Part shown: positions 39,941-48,538 of the stretch, piece by piece
Layout of the letters: every line of letters starts with the position of its first letter
Numbering within the stretch: the first letter of the stretch is position 1
Source of the DNA: Candidatus Yanofskybacteria bacterium RIFCSPHIGHO2_01_FULL_41_26
GTDB lineage: Bacteria > Patescibacteriota > Minisyncoccia > 2-02-FULL-40-12 > GWA2-44-9
Length of the DNA: 64,000 nucleotides
Reading direction: 5' to 3'
NCBI GenBank assembly: GCA_001794055.1
Contig: MGJB01000006.1
Span: forward strand, 90,168 to 154,167
Notes under the pieces: generated by a model
Seen by the model: only the letters and a program-made list of their open reading frames with translations
Told to the model about the DNA's origin: nothing
Databases searched by the model: none
Position numbers and translations under genes: made by a program

Positions 39941-40954
39941 TCAAAAAAAATTATTGAAGAGTCCTTTCGCTTTATCCCAAAATTCCGGATGGCCGTTTTG
40001 TTTCATCCAATACCACCATTCGGCGCCCCAAAGATAAAAAGTATCAAACCCGGTCTTTGAAGAGAAGCTTATCATCTCACCAAACTTGTCTATTCCCATT
40101 CTCTGTAACTGGATATCAATGGGCGTATCGATTATTGGCTGAAGCAACCATGGTTCGGCAGAAAGCTCGATAACCATTGATGGTTTTGTTCCATAAATCA
40201 AACGAGTTAAAGAGTGTTTAATTCTGAAAAAAGCTGGCGTTATCGGATACCGAAGAGGACCGATGGCATTTCTCCACCACACATAAAGATATATGCTAGT
40301 CCCAAACACATCGCCTTTTCTATATGCTTGATACCAAGTTCCAAATTCACCACTATCAGTAAGTATCACTGGATGAACGGGGTCCAACCGATGAACCAAA
40401 GCAATTTCTTCATCCAAAATTTCTGAAGCTTTCTCATTATGCTGTTCGCAAGAAGACCGGCTGAAAAATCTTAGAAAAATCTCGTTTTCAACTTGCCAAT
40501 ACCGCAAAGCTGGCGAATTTTTATACCTATTTACAACCTTTTCAATATATTTTACGAGCTCTTGTTTGTGTTGATCATGAGACAAAGGAACAACCCAATC
40601 TGGAGTATGGCACTCCGGCCAGCCGGGAAGCCGATGGCCAACAGCAATTATTACCGAAGCATTCCTCTTTTCAGCCTCTTGCACCTGAAAATCAAGTTCA
40701 GAAAAATTGTAAATACCCTCTTTCGGTTCAGTAAGAGGCCAATGGGCAACGAGTCGCAGATTTCTTACTTTTAAATCATCGAGAACAGCCAAATATGTTT
40801 TCTTCCAGTCAAGTTTTAACTCATTAGAATGAAAAACACTAAAAGAGACCCCGTATACAAAATTTTTTTCAGGAGACATGTCCCATGATAAAATCCAAAG
40901 AAAACTTAAAGCAGCAATAAAAACCCAAAGAATTATATTTTTTTTGTTGATCAT
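39941..40954 (-). CDS. membrane-anchored glycoside hydrolase (clan GH-A-like)
   Basis: N-terminal TM. YWQVENEIF (NEP-type catalytic acid motif) and aromatic-rich TIM-barrel-like composition. Family not resolved. Confidence 0.4.
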   Translation of the reverse strand: MINKKNIILWVFIAALSFLWILSWDMSPEKNFVYGVSFSVFHSNELKLDWKKTYLAVLDDLKVRNLRLVAHWPLTEPKEGIYNFSELDFQVQEAEKRNASVIIAVGHRLPGWPECHTPDWVVPLSHDQHKQELVKYIEKVVNRYKNSPALRYWQVENEIFLRFFSRSSCEQHNEKASEILDEEIALVHRLDPVHPVILTDSGEFGTWYQAYRKGDVFGTSIYLYVWWRNAIGPLRYPITPAFFRIKHSLTRLIYGTKPSMVIELSAEPWLLQPIIDTPIDIQLQRMGIDKFGEMISFSSKTGFDTFYLWGAEWWYWMKQNGHPEFWDKAKGLFNNFF

Positions 40955-41820
40955 CTGAATAACATCAAAAAACCAACGCCAATGAAAGATATTCCAAGAA
41001 GCTTTTTGATGAGTATTTTTCTGGTAATATTTTCGGCCACATCAGGAAATATCTTTCCGAAAATAAGGGCCAGAATAAATACAAAAGAAAACTGTACGCC
41101 CAAAAGAGCATTCACCAATGAAACATTGCCGAGTTGAATAGCGTAGTAAAGGGTCAAGAAACCAACCCCCGCGATAATCTTATTTAAAATAAACAGAAAA
41201 AGGGAGGACTGTGGAGCATTTTTCAAGGAATTTGAAATTTCCCCCCTTGCTCGCGGAAAAACAAGCATAAACAGAGACGAACCGACAAAACCTATCCGTG
41301 TCCAAAAAATACCATTAACAAAATCGGAATAATTAAACGTCCACTTGAGAAGAACCAACGAAAGGCCGAAAAATAAACCTGCCAAAATTGAATATCTGAA
41401 AATGTCCCGCCTGATCATGCCAAGAAACAAGATTCCTAAAACCAAAAACACAAAAGCCAATCCATTATTTGTTCCTAGTTTTTCTTTTAAAATAAAGACT
41501 GATAAAACATAAGTAAAAATCGCGCTTAAAGTAGCAACATTGATAGATGCCACCGACACATCGCTTAATTTTATAGATTTATAAAGAAAGAAAAGAGCAA
41601 TAAAAAAAGCTGTTCCCGATACGAACGAAATAAAAAAATATTGAACACCAAGCCAGGCCACTCCAAATGGAATTAAAACCACGGCAAGAATGCTCAAGAT
41701 AGAAACTCCGAATGCATAAGCAAACGGACGAGGGAGAGAAGAGGAGAGGAGATGCTTGTCGATTACGAAAGCAATTGCATTTACAAAATAAGCTGTTAAG
41801 GCGAGATAAATCCAAAGCAT
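40951..41820 (-). CDS. EamA/DMT-family transporter
   Basis: 10 predicted TM helices with two EamA-like halves. Confidence 0.65.
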   Translation of the reverse strand: MLWIYLALTAYFVNAIAFVIDKHLLSSSLPRPFAYAFGVSILSILAVVLIPFGVAWLGVQYFFISFVSGTAFFIALFFLYKSIKLSDVSVASINVATLSAIFTYVLSVFILKEKLGTNNGLAFVFLVLGILFLGMIRRDIFRYSILAGLFFGLSLVLLKWTFNYSDFVNGIFWTRIGFVGSSLFMLVFPRARGEISNSLKNAPQSSLFLFILNKIIAGVGFLTLYYAIQLGNVSLVNALLGVQFSFVFILALIFGKIFPDVAENITRKILIKKLLGISFIGVGFLMLFR

Positions 41821-41860
41821 GAAAATATTACTAATCTAAAATTATTAATTTATTATCTTG

Positions 41861-42129
41861 GAGCTAACGCTATGGATATTTCTCAGTCGCGATACCGGCA
41901 AATTGCGAGTGGCACAAGAAGCAACAACGAAGGTGTACTCATTGTACTCCGAGGAGGAGCGACGCAGTGTCCACTCGCAATTTGCCTTATCCCTCCTGGT
42001 TCTAGCTATTTTGTCCTATCGCTGCGTTACTTCTCGTCGCTGTAGTACCAACTACAACTTCCTTGAAGTGCCTGGCGCTAAGACAAAATAGCTAAGAACG
42101 CGACTGAGAAATATCCATAGCATTAGCTC
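41861..42129. mobile_element. MITE-like element (269 bp) with 31-bp terminal inverted repeats and nested internal inverted repeats
   Basis: Left TIR gagctaacgctatggatatttctcagtcgcg (41861-41891). Right TIR is its reverse complement with 1 mismatch (42099-42129). Internal ggcaaattgcgagtgg/ccactcgcaatttgcc pair. The right TIR encodes the last 10 codons (NAMDISQSRS*) of the GH1 gene. Confidence 0.55.
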
Positions 42130-43315
42130 TACATATTTTAGCATATTCAAAAGCCGAAGGACGAATTTTTCTGGCAAATGTCGCATAATCAATCTCAACT
42201 AATCCGAAACGCGGTCTAAAACCATATGCCCACTCGAAATTATCCAAAAGCGACCAGTATAAGTACCCTCGGATATCAACGCCGTCATGAATGGCCTGCC
42301 AAACCCATTTTAGATGTTCTTTTATAAATTTTCCACGCCGTTCGTCCTTGCTATCAGCAACTCCATTCTCGGTGATAAAAATAGGTTTTTTATACTTTTT
42401 AAGCTCCATGAGACGATGGTAAATACCTTTGGGATAGACGTCCCAATTCATTTCTGAGACAAAATCGACCCGCCGCAGTTCACGGGTGCCCGGCAAGCGC
42501 ACGGTCGTATAGTAATTTAAACCTATAAAATCCTGGTAGGGAAGAGTCTTATTCCAAAAGTATAAATTTACGAACTGATCCAAAAACTTTACTATTCCCT
42601 TGAACACCGGATGACTCATAATGTGTAAATTATTTTCAACTCCCCCAACGAGTGGTTCTATATTGTGCGACGTTGAATCATACAATCCTTGGTTTTTCGG
42701 TGAAACATCATAAACCCTCTTTATTTCCTGATAGGCGAGTGTATGCGACCGAACTATATTATTCCGAACCTTGATTGCTTTGAAAATATTATGTTTTTGC
42801 GGCGGCCATTGTCCTTTTAAATATGAGCCTCCGGCGTATATCCAAGGCTCATTAAAAGTTATCCACAGCCCTACTCTATCTTTTAAATTATCCACAACAT
42901 ACTTTACATATCTTGTAAATATTGTCGGACTATCAATGTTTAGGAATCCTCCTTTTTCGGCGAACCAGACGGGGTTAGTGAAATGCCAGAGAGTTATCAT
43001 CGGCTCAATCCCCCTCTCCTTCAAGGCCTTGACGACATTGACATAGTGATGCATAGCTTCATGGTCAAATATCCCCTCCTTCGGTTCTATGCGGGACCAC
43101 TCAATAGAGAAGCGGTGAATATTTTGATTTAAACTCTTAGCAATATCAAAATCTTCCTCGTAACGGTTGTAACTATCGCAGGCCTTTCCTGAACGAAATT
43201 CGGGCGGACGAGATTTCTCCCATTCGGACCAGTCATTGTAATTGTCTCCTTCTATCTGGTGGGCCGATGTGGTGCTCCCCCACTTGAATCCTTCAGGGAA
43301 TTGCATGTAAGACAT
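42092..43315 (-). CDS. GH1 beta-glucosidase/beta-galactosidase
   Basis: TFNEPW (acid/base) and ITENGVA (nucleophile) family-1 glycoside hydrolase motifs. Roughly 400 aa. Confidence 0.85.
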   Translation of the reverse strand: MSYMQFPEGFKWGSTTSAHQIEGDNYNDWSEWEKSRPPEFRSGKACDSYNRYEEDFDIAKSLNQNIHRFSIEWSRIEPKEGIFDHEAMHHYVNVVKALKERGIEPMITLWHFTNPVWFAEKGGFLNIDSPTIFTRYVKYVVDNLKDRVGLWITFNEPWIYAGGSYLKGQWPPQKHNIFKAIKVRNNIVRSHTLAYQEIKRVYDVSPKNQGLYDSTSHNIEPLVGGVENNLHIMSHPVFKGIVKFLDQFVNLYFWNKTLPYQDFIGLNYYTTVRLPGTRELRRVDFVSEMNWDVYPKGIYHRLMELKKYKKPIFITENGVADSKDERRGKFIKEHLKWVWQAIHDGVDIRGYLYWSLLDNFEWAYGFRPRFGLVEIDYATFARKIRPSAFEYAKICRANAMDISQSRS

Positions 43316-43413
43316 GCTTTAATTCTAACCTTAAAAAACCCTTCGGCAAAGCACTTCGGCTGTGAGCTCAGTGTCGAACAGCTCAAGGTAAACAAAAAAC
43401 GGGTATTGCCCCG

Positions 43414-43980
43414 TTAATTTACTTTCACAACAGCAAGCCTGACCCTTCTTTCATTCTTATCCCAAACTAATCTTTTTATTACCGAAGAAAGCTCTTCTAC
43501 GCTCGAAAACTTTAAAACAAAAATGTCAGTTTCAATATCCCTTATCAGGCCCCCCGTCCTAATAAAAGAATGGGTGTCAGAATTTGGATTATCCAAATGG
43601 CCTAAAACATAATGCCCAAGCTCGTGAGCCAAATATGCGCGCTTTTGCCTATTATCAAAACTGATAATATTTGGCGGAAGAAAAAGTTGAAGAGTTTTAC
43701 CGTTGTCCTTATACTTTATCCCTGTATCAGAATATTCTGACAGCCTTATGTTTAACTCTATTAACGGCAACTTTCTACCATACTCCTTCTCTATGTCCAC
43801 GACTAGCTGTTCAGAAACCATCTTAACTTGCACAAAATCTTTCTGATAAAACTCCTCGATTGCTTCTTTGAGCCCCAAAAATGAAAGTGATAAGTAGATA
43901 TTAAAAGTAAAAGATCCGGCTAGAAATAATCCGACAACAAAGTAAGGAATTTTGACCATTCTCTTCGTCAAATTTCTCAA
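43414..43980 (-). CDS. membrane-anchored HExxH zinc metallopeptidase-like protein
   Basis: N-terminal TM. AHELGHYVLGHL motif. Confidence 0.45.
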   Translation of the reverse strand: MRNLTKRMVKIPYFVVGLFLAGSFTFNIYLSLSFLGLKEAIEEFYQKDFVQVKMVSEQLVVDIEKEYGRKLPLIELNIRLSEYSDTGIKYKDNGKTLQLFLPPNIISFDNRQKRAYLAHELGHYVLGHLDNPNSDTHSFIRTGGLIRDIETDIFVLKFSSVEELSSVIKRLVWDKNERRVRLAVVKVN

Positions 43981-44044
43981 TTGAGATCCCTTCCTTGTAA
44001 ATCAAAATCTACCCCAATAATAAGCCTTTTCACAAAAATAGCAA

Positions 44045-44584
44045 TCACCTGCTAGATGCTTGAACGGCTAAGAGCTCCACTTCAAAAACAAGAGTTGAAT
44101 TTGGAGGAATTAATCCGTTGCCCACATTTTGAGAGCCATAGCCAAGCGAAGGAGGGACTATCAGTTTTCTATTGCCTCCAATTTTCATACCGGGAATACC
44201 AATATCCCAGCCCTTGATTAACTGGCCAACTCCGATTTGAAAGGTCGCCGGTCCGCCGTGTTTTGCAGATGCATCAAAGACGGTACCATTTTCCAAAGAA
44301 CCGATATAATTCACGGTTATGGTATCCCCCGCCTTGGCCTCAGAACCGGTACCAACTTTCAAATCTTGAATTTGTAATCCATTTTCCATTTGTATAATTT
44401 TATTGTTTTCAGGTGGTATTGGTGTCGGAGTCGGCGACGGACTGACGCTTGTTATAGGGCTTGGACTAGCCGTAGTGTTTTGATCAACCTGAATGTTATT
44501 TATTTTTCTATAAAAAATGAATGCAACAATACCGAACAAGATGACAACAATCGTGATAGCAAAAATAGATTTGGTCATTAACAA
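44045..44584 (-). CDS. FKBP-type peptidyl-prolyl cis-trans isomerase, membrane-anchored
   Basis: GTVFDAS...FQIGVGQLIKGWDIGIPGMKIGGNRKLIVPPSLGYG...LVFEVELL FKBP_C signature. Confidence 0.8.
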   Translation of the reverse strand: MLMTKSIFAITIVVILFGIVAFIFYRKINNIQVDQNTTASPSPITSVSPSPTPTPIPPENNKIIQMENGLQIQDLKVGTGSEAKAGDTITVNYIGSLENGTVFDASAKHGGPATFQIGVGQLIKGWDIGIPGMKIGGNRKLIVPPSLGYGSQNVGNGLIPPNSTLVFEVELLAVQASSR

Positions 44585-44590
44585 ATGATA

Positions 44591-45556
44591 TCAAAGTGGC
44601 CTGGGTTTTTCAATTTTGAGTAAATCCGGATCGATGGTGCGCTGAAAACACGTCCTTTCAGCATTATATTTCCAGGTTTGCATCTCGCCCCCCGAATACG
44701 GATACATCATAGGGACGGCTTTTGGGCTGGCAGTATTTATATCCGAACTTGATGTTTCAAATGTCGCGCAAAGTTCAAATTTCAAACTACCCAGAGTTTT
44801 GTATTCATAAGCCACACCCGTTTTGGGATCTCTCGGAATCACTATGCCCAAAATATCATTGGCCATCTCATCTAAATTCTTGGGCAATTCATTTTTCTTC
44901 TGCCAATAATTAACAATCTGGCCTTGCAAAGAAGAAAGGTCCTGGACCCGTCTTTCGTCAAACCTTACTGTTCTTTGATTCTGGGGCGAACCGGCCACAA
45001 AGAAACCAAACACTATCGCAAGCACAACAATAGCAACTACAATCCATGTATAAATCTTCATTCCATCAAATCTTTTCTTAGGTTTGGTTTTTAATTCACG
45101 CAGTTCAAAATAATAATGAGAAAACACAGAACCAGCTACGAAGAAAATGGTCAAGACCTTAAGAACAAATCTAGCCGTCAACTCACCTTCCAAAAAAGTA
45201 TTGATCAAGGCAACCAAGTCCCCTATTATCACCAAGGCGGCCGCAAAAACCGTCAAATACAAAAGCCATCTTCTTATCTTCAATTCGCGCTTTTCCGGAT
45301 TTTCCTCAATATCTTTTTTCAAAAACCTTGAAACCCAGATATATAAGGGGAAAATAACTATCAAGGTTGCTAAAGATTGCCGAATTGATCCGTAATAGTT
45401 TGATGGCGAAAAGTAATAGTCATTTAAAAGATCGGGAAAATAGACATTAATGTACTGAAAAACTAATATCCCAAAACTGATAGCACTGGCTATCAAAGTA
45501 ATTATTGACAACAGATACAGAAAGACGTCGCGAGGCAAATTTTTGTTTATATCCAT
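44591..45556 (-). CDS. hypothetical polytopic membrane protein
   Basis: Several TM helices. No recognised motif. Confidence 0.4.
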   Translation of the reverse strand: MDINKNLPRDVFLYLLSIITLIASAISFGILVFQYINVYFPDLLNDYYFSPSNYYGSIRQSLATLIVIFPLYIWVSRFLKKDIEENPEKRELKIRRWLLYLTVFAAALVIIGDLVALINTFLEGELTARFVLKVLTIFFVAGSVFSHYYFELRELKTKPKKRFDGMKIYTWIVVAIVVLAIVFGFFVAGSPQNQRTVRFDERRVQDLSSLQGQIVNYWQKKNELPKNLDEMANDILGIVIPRDPKTGVAYEYKTLGSLKFELCATFETSSSDINTASPKAVPMMYPYSGGEMQTWKYNAERTCFQRTIDPDLLKIEKPRPL

Positions 45557-45565
45557 AATATAATT

Positions 45566-45907
45566 TTATCTTAATTCTGTGCCAAGAGCAACCTCTTTTT
45601 CGGGTATAATTAAGATTGGGCCAGTTTTACTGTTAGCGGCCAGAACCATGCCTTGACTTTCCAGACCCATCAAAGATCGGGGTTCAAGGTTGGCAACAAT
45701 AACAATTTGTTTGCCGATTAAATCTTCAGGATTATAGGCCTTTCCGATTCCGGCAATTACCTGCCTGCCGGCAGGTAGGTTTGCCTTTTCTTCTGGACCT
45801 AAGTCGAGTATTAATCTGAGTAACTTTTCCGAACCATCAACACTCTCGGCTGAAACAACTTTTGCCACTTTCAACTCAACTTTTTTGAATTCATCAATAG
45901 TTATCAT
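45566..45907 (-). CDS. tRNA-binding domain protein (CsaA/Trbp111/MetRS-C-like)
   Basis: FKKVELKVAKVVSAE...GRQVIAGIGKAYNPEDLIGKQIVIVANLEPRSLMGLESQGMVLAA is the OB-fold tRNA_bind signature. Confidence 0.75.
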   Translation of the reverse strand: MITIDEFKKVELKVAKVVSAESVDGSEKLLRLILDLGPEEKANLPAGRQVIAGIGKAYNPEDLIGKQIVIVANLEPRSLMGLESQGMVLAANSKTGPILIIPEKEVALGTELR

Positions 45908-46001
45908 ACTTTATGGTAGTTTACAAAAAGTGATGATTGTGGCTAAGAAGAACGTTCGGAGGCTACCCCGGGCCGAGATAGAGCAAAAACCCAGCAGAGT
46001 T

Positions 46002-46505
46002 TTATGTGTTCTTCGCGACACGATCATCACTTTTTGTAAGTCCTGCTTTTTTGAATTCTGTTAATTTAACTCCAGTCTTTTTGGACAAAGTAAGGACGGC
46101 TTTAGATGCCTCATAGCGAGACATATAAAAATTACCGTAAACAACCTCTTTTATTCCTGCATTGACCATCACTTTAAAACAATCATAGCAAGGTGAAATA
46201 GTCAGATAAATTGAGGCGCCTTCAATAGGAGTTCCATTCTTGGCCGCTTGGGCTATAGCATTAGCTTCAGCGTGAGCCGTTCTGATGCAATGTCCGTCAA
46301 TAATTTCATGGCCGATATCATCACAGTGGGCCAAACCTCGGGGGGCACCATTATATCCGGTCGACAAAATTACTTTATTCTTAGCAATCACAGCTCCGAC
46401 ATGAGCGCGGTCGCAAGTTGAACGCTTCGCAACCACTTTTGCTATTTCAAGAAAATACTCATCCCAAGACGGTCTTTTGTTGAGTTTCGATTTCGGCTTT
46501 GGCAT
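46002..46505 (-). CDS. dCMP deaminase (cytidine/deoxycytidylate deaminase family)
   Basis: HAEANAI...PCYDCFKVMVNAGIKEVVY zinc-binding H(A)E...PCxxC motif. Confidence 0.85.
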   Translation of the reverse strand: MPKPKSKLNKRPSWDEYFLEIAKVVAKRSTCDRAHVGAVIAKNKVILSTGYNGAPRGLAHCDDIGHEIIDGHCIRTAHAEANAIAQAAKNGTPIEGASIYLTISPCYDCFKVMVNAGIKEVVYGNFYMSRYEASKAVLTLSKKTGVKLTEFKKAGLTKSDDRVAKNT

Positions 46506-46529
46506 GTTTTTAGATTAACAAATATTTTT

Positions 46530-46568
46530 TATTAAAACAAAGAGCCGAGTCTCACTCAAGCTCGGCTC
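46530..46568 (-). terminator. intrinsic terminator closing the GC-rich island transcript
   Basis: gagccgag-(11-nt loop)-ctcggctc hairpin. On the minus strand it is followed by tttgttttaat. Confidence 0.55.
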
Positions 46569-46855
46569 GAATTCTTCATTTCCTCTCCTTTTAAGTCTGA
46601 AGTTGGCGGGCCATGAAGGATTTTTACCTTCACCTTTCGGTTTTGGAGACCGATCGCTCTGTCTTTTAAGCTACTGACCCAAAATTGTGAAAAAACGAGG
46701 GAGGGAATCCGTGGGCGCTCCGCACACCTCCGGGGAGCATGCCCCAAAGGTGCGTATTACTCTCGGATTTTCCACAATTCCCTCCCACCAAAATCCTGAG
46801 CTTAGTCTAAGGACTTTTGTGGGAGACCGAGCACATTGTGCTCGGTCGGATGACG

Positions 46856-47176
46856 CTACAGGTAGCGCTTGAAGGCCTGGCGGGCGGCCATGGTTCGCTC
46901 GGCGCGGCGCCGTTCCATCTCGACTACCGTTTGCGGGTAGCGATAGAAACGGAGACCGGCCTTGCGACCCAGAGCTGCGCACCGACCACAGTGGATGTGA
47001 TCGGCCAGATCCTTGGCCATGGAAGGCCAGCGACCGGCCATCCTGCGTATGGCGGCCAGCGTCGGCACCCAGGCCTCGGCCTGCGTCAGCTTCGCCGTGC
47101 ACGGCTTGCCCGGATAGGGCTCGCCATGACACACAAAGGGCTTCGCCGGCACAACAATGGAAACTTGCTCTGTCAT
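46856..47176 (-). CDS. hypothetical small Cys4 protein of foreign (high-GC) composition
   Basis: Consensus SD aggagg 4 nt upstream of ATG (47181-47186 rc). GC3-rich codon usage. Four Cys as CHGEP...KPC...HCGRC. No family recognised. Confidence 0.4.
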   Translation of the reverse strand: MTEQVSIVVPAKPFVCHGEPYPGKPCTAKLTQAEAWVPTLAAIRRMAGRWPSMAKDLADHIHCGRCAALGRKAGLRFYRYPQTVVEMERRRAERTMAARQAFKRYL

Positions 47177-47208
47177 CTGACCTCCTAAAAAGAACTGGTT
47201 AAACTACT

Positions 47209-47251
47209 CCCATCAAAATGTTCAAAATCGAGCTTTTAACATTTTGATGGG
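47209..47251. promoter_or_regulatory. 14-bp perfect inverted repeat (operator- or terminator-like) between the two high-GC ORFs
   Basis: cccatcaaaatgtt-N15-aacattttgatggg. Sits 33-75 nt upstream of the 46856..47176 start. Confidence 0.4.
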
Positions 47252-47333
47252 ATGGGGAGAATTGCCTGTTCTACTCTCCCCCTTTGCCTGTTTATTTTTC
47301 GTCGGACACAGCAGGCTCCGACTAGGGTACCCG

Positions 47334-47591
47334 CTAGTTCAAATGAATCAAACTAGCGAACCACTGCGGTCCTAATACCCTAATGCCGTTTTCCCTTGCA
47401 AGCTCTCGTAGAGCCGCAAGTTCATCGACATAAGGAGTAAGAACTTCACCCCCATTCATCCGTTCCACCTTTCGGAAGAACTTTTGAATAGAAGCGCAGT
47501 AGTTAAATAACTCCAGCGCAGGTCTTACCTGACCATCTGGAGCTGGTACCCAGCTGAAAGTGGGCTTCCGCCCACCCTTCGGCTTGTACAT
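47334..47591 (-). CDS. hypothetical high-GC small protein
   Basis: 85-aa ORF with GC-rich codons. No SD or recognisable domain. Could be spurious in GC-rich DNA. Confidence 0.25.
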   Translation of the reverse strand: MYKPKGGRKPTFSWVPAPDGQVRPALELFNYCASIQKFFRKVERMNGGEVLTPYVDELAALRELARENGIRVLGPQWFASLIHLN

Positions 47592-48302
47592 ATCATGAAA
47601 AGAACTCTTCGACTCACTCTGTTCGCTCAGAGCAAGCCCGGGAGGGATGGTGGTGGGCGCTGGACCGTAGCTCGCAAGCAGCGAGCTTCAGGCATTCGCG
47701 ATCCATTTGGGTTCACCTGATACCAAGCCGTCGCCGTCACGGAAGGCCTAGCCCCCGCGGCATACGATCGGTCTCTTGGCTAGGTTCCGCACAACGCTCG
47801 CTTGCTAAACGAGGGTCCCCAATGCGGTATTCCTGCCACGCCATTCACCACATCCCCCTACTTAAACTGATTCTGCCACCAATGCAATGAACATGCACCT
47901 CGACAGAGAGTTTTACCGGCTAAAGCACGGTACACTCCGAGACAAGAATAATCAGCTTAAGCAGGAGGACGTGATGGTCATCAAACCACTGCCCCCTCCT
48001 ACTCTACCTACTTTTATAAAGTTTGGCTAAAGAGCTCAGAACCGATTTGAGGGTCCGGTATATTTGTTTAACGGTTGCCTCTCAATTTGATCGTTTCCTC
48101 TTTCTTTAACCTTACGGCAAGATACTATCACAAAACAAAAATCTTGTCAAGTCCTTTTGACATTTTAAAACTAAAAAACATCAAAAACTGGCTTAGAATA
48201 TAGATTATTTTACTACTATATTTTGTCAGTAAAAACTGAATTTATACTCAAGATCAGACCTCAAATAAATTTCCCGAGGACCGTCCTCGGTGTCAACAAA
48301 GC

Positions 48303-48331
48303 TTGACAAAATAAATAAAGTAGAATATAAT
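48303..48331 (+). promoter_or_regulatory. consensus sigma70-type promoter (TTGACA-17-TATAAT)
   Basis: TTGACA at 48303-48308, a 17-nt spacer, TATAAT at 48326-48331. Confidence 0.6.
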
Positions 48332-48337
48332 AGTAGA

Positions 48338-48496
48338 CGATGGCAGGACAGGAGTTCTGCCTTCAGGAAAGGAGGATTCATCGTGGGAGCTCTATAAAGA
48401 CCTTATTTATAGACCTACGAAAATAAAGTAGTAAAAAATGGTCGTCCTAAAATCCACTTTCAGACACGAGAGGGCCCCGCTACGGGGCCATTTTTT
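48338..48496 (+). ncRNA. candidate small RNA / regulatory leader (~160 nt) bounded by a consensus promoter and an intrinsic terminator
   Basis: Starts downstream of the -10 box. Internal hairpins (ggcag...ctgcc; cgatg...catcg). SD-like ggaaaggagg plus a GTG 4-codon mini-ORF. Terminator ggccccg-cta-cggggcc + ttttttaaaa at 48473-48496. Confidence 0.4.
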
Positions 48497-48538
48497 AAAA
48501 TCATTGTCCAATCAAATTATTTCTAATACAATTAATAT

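Noticed and set aside
41858-42091. 77-aa ORF inside the MITE-like element
   Set aside because: It is entirely within an inverted-repeat-rich, TIR-bounded element and has no RBS. More likely structural DNA/RNA than coding.
46671-47188. ORFs 46671-47132 (-) and 46817-47188 (+) in the GC-rich island
   Set aside because: Gly/Arg/Ala-rich translations typical of out-of-frame reading of high-GC DNA. They overlap the better-supported SD-led ORF 46856-47176.
47600-48000. Possible RNase P RNA, tmRNA or SRP RNA in the ORF-free GC-rich segment
   Set aside because: I scanned both strands for the conserved blocks (GGAAAGUCCGGGCUCC, the tRNA-like GGUUCGAUUCC plus CCA end of tmRNA, the SRP GGUCAGGUCCGGAAGGAAGCAGC) and found no convincing match. 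Left as an unexplained GC-rich non-coding segment.
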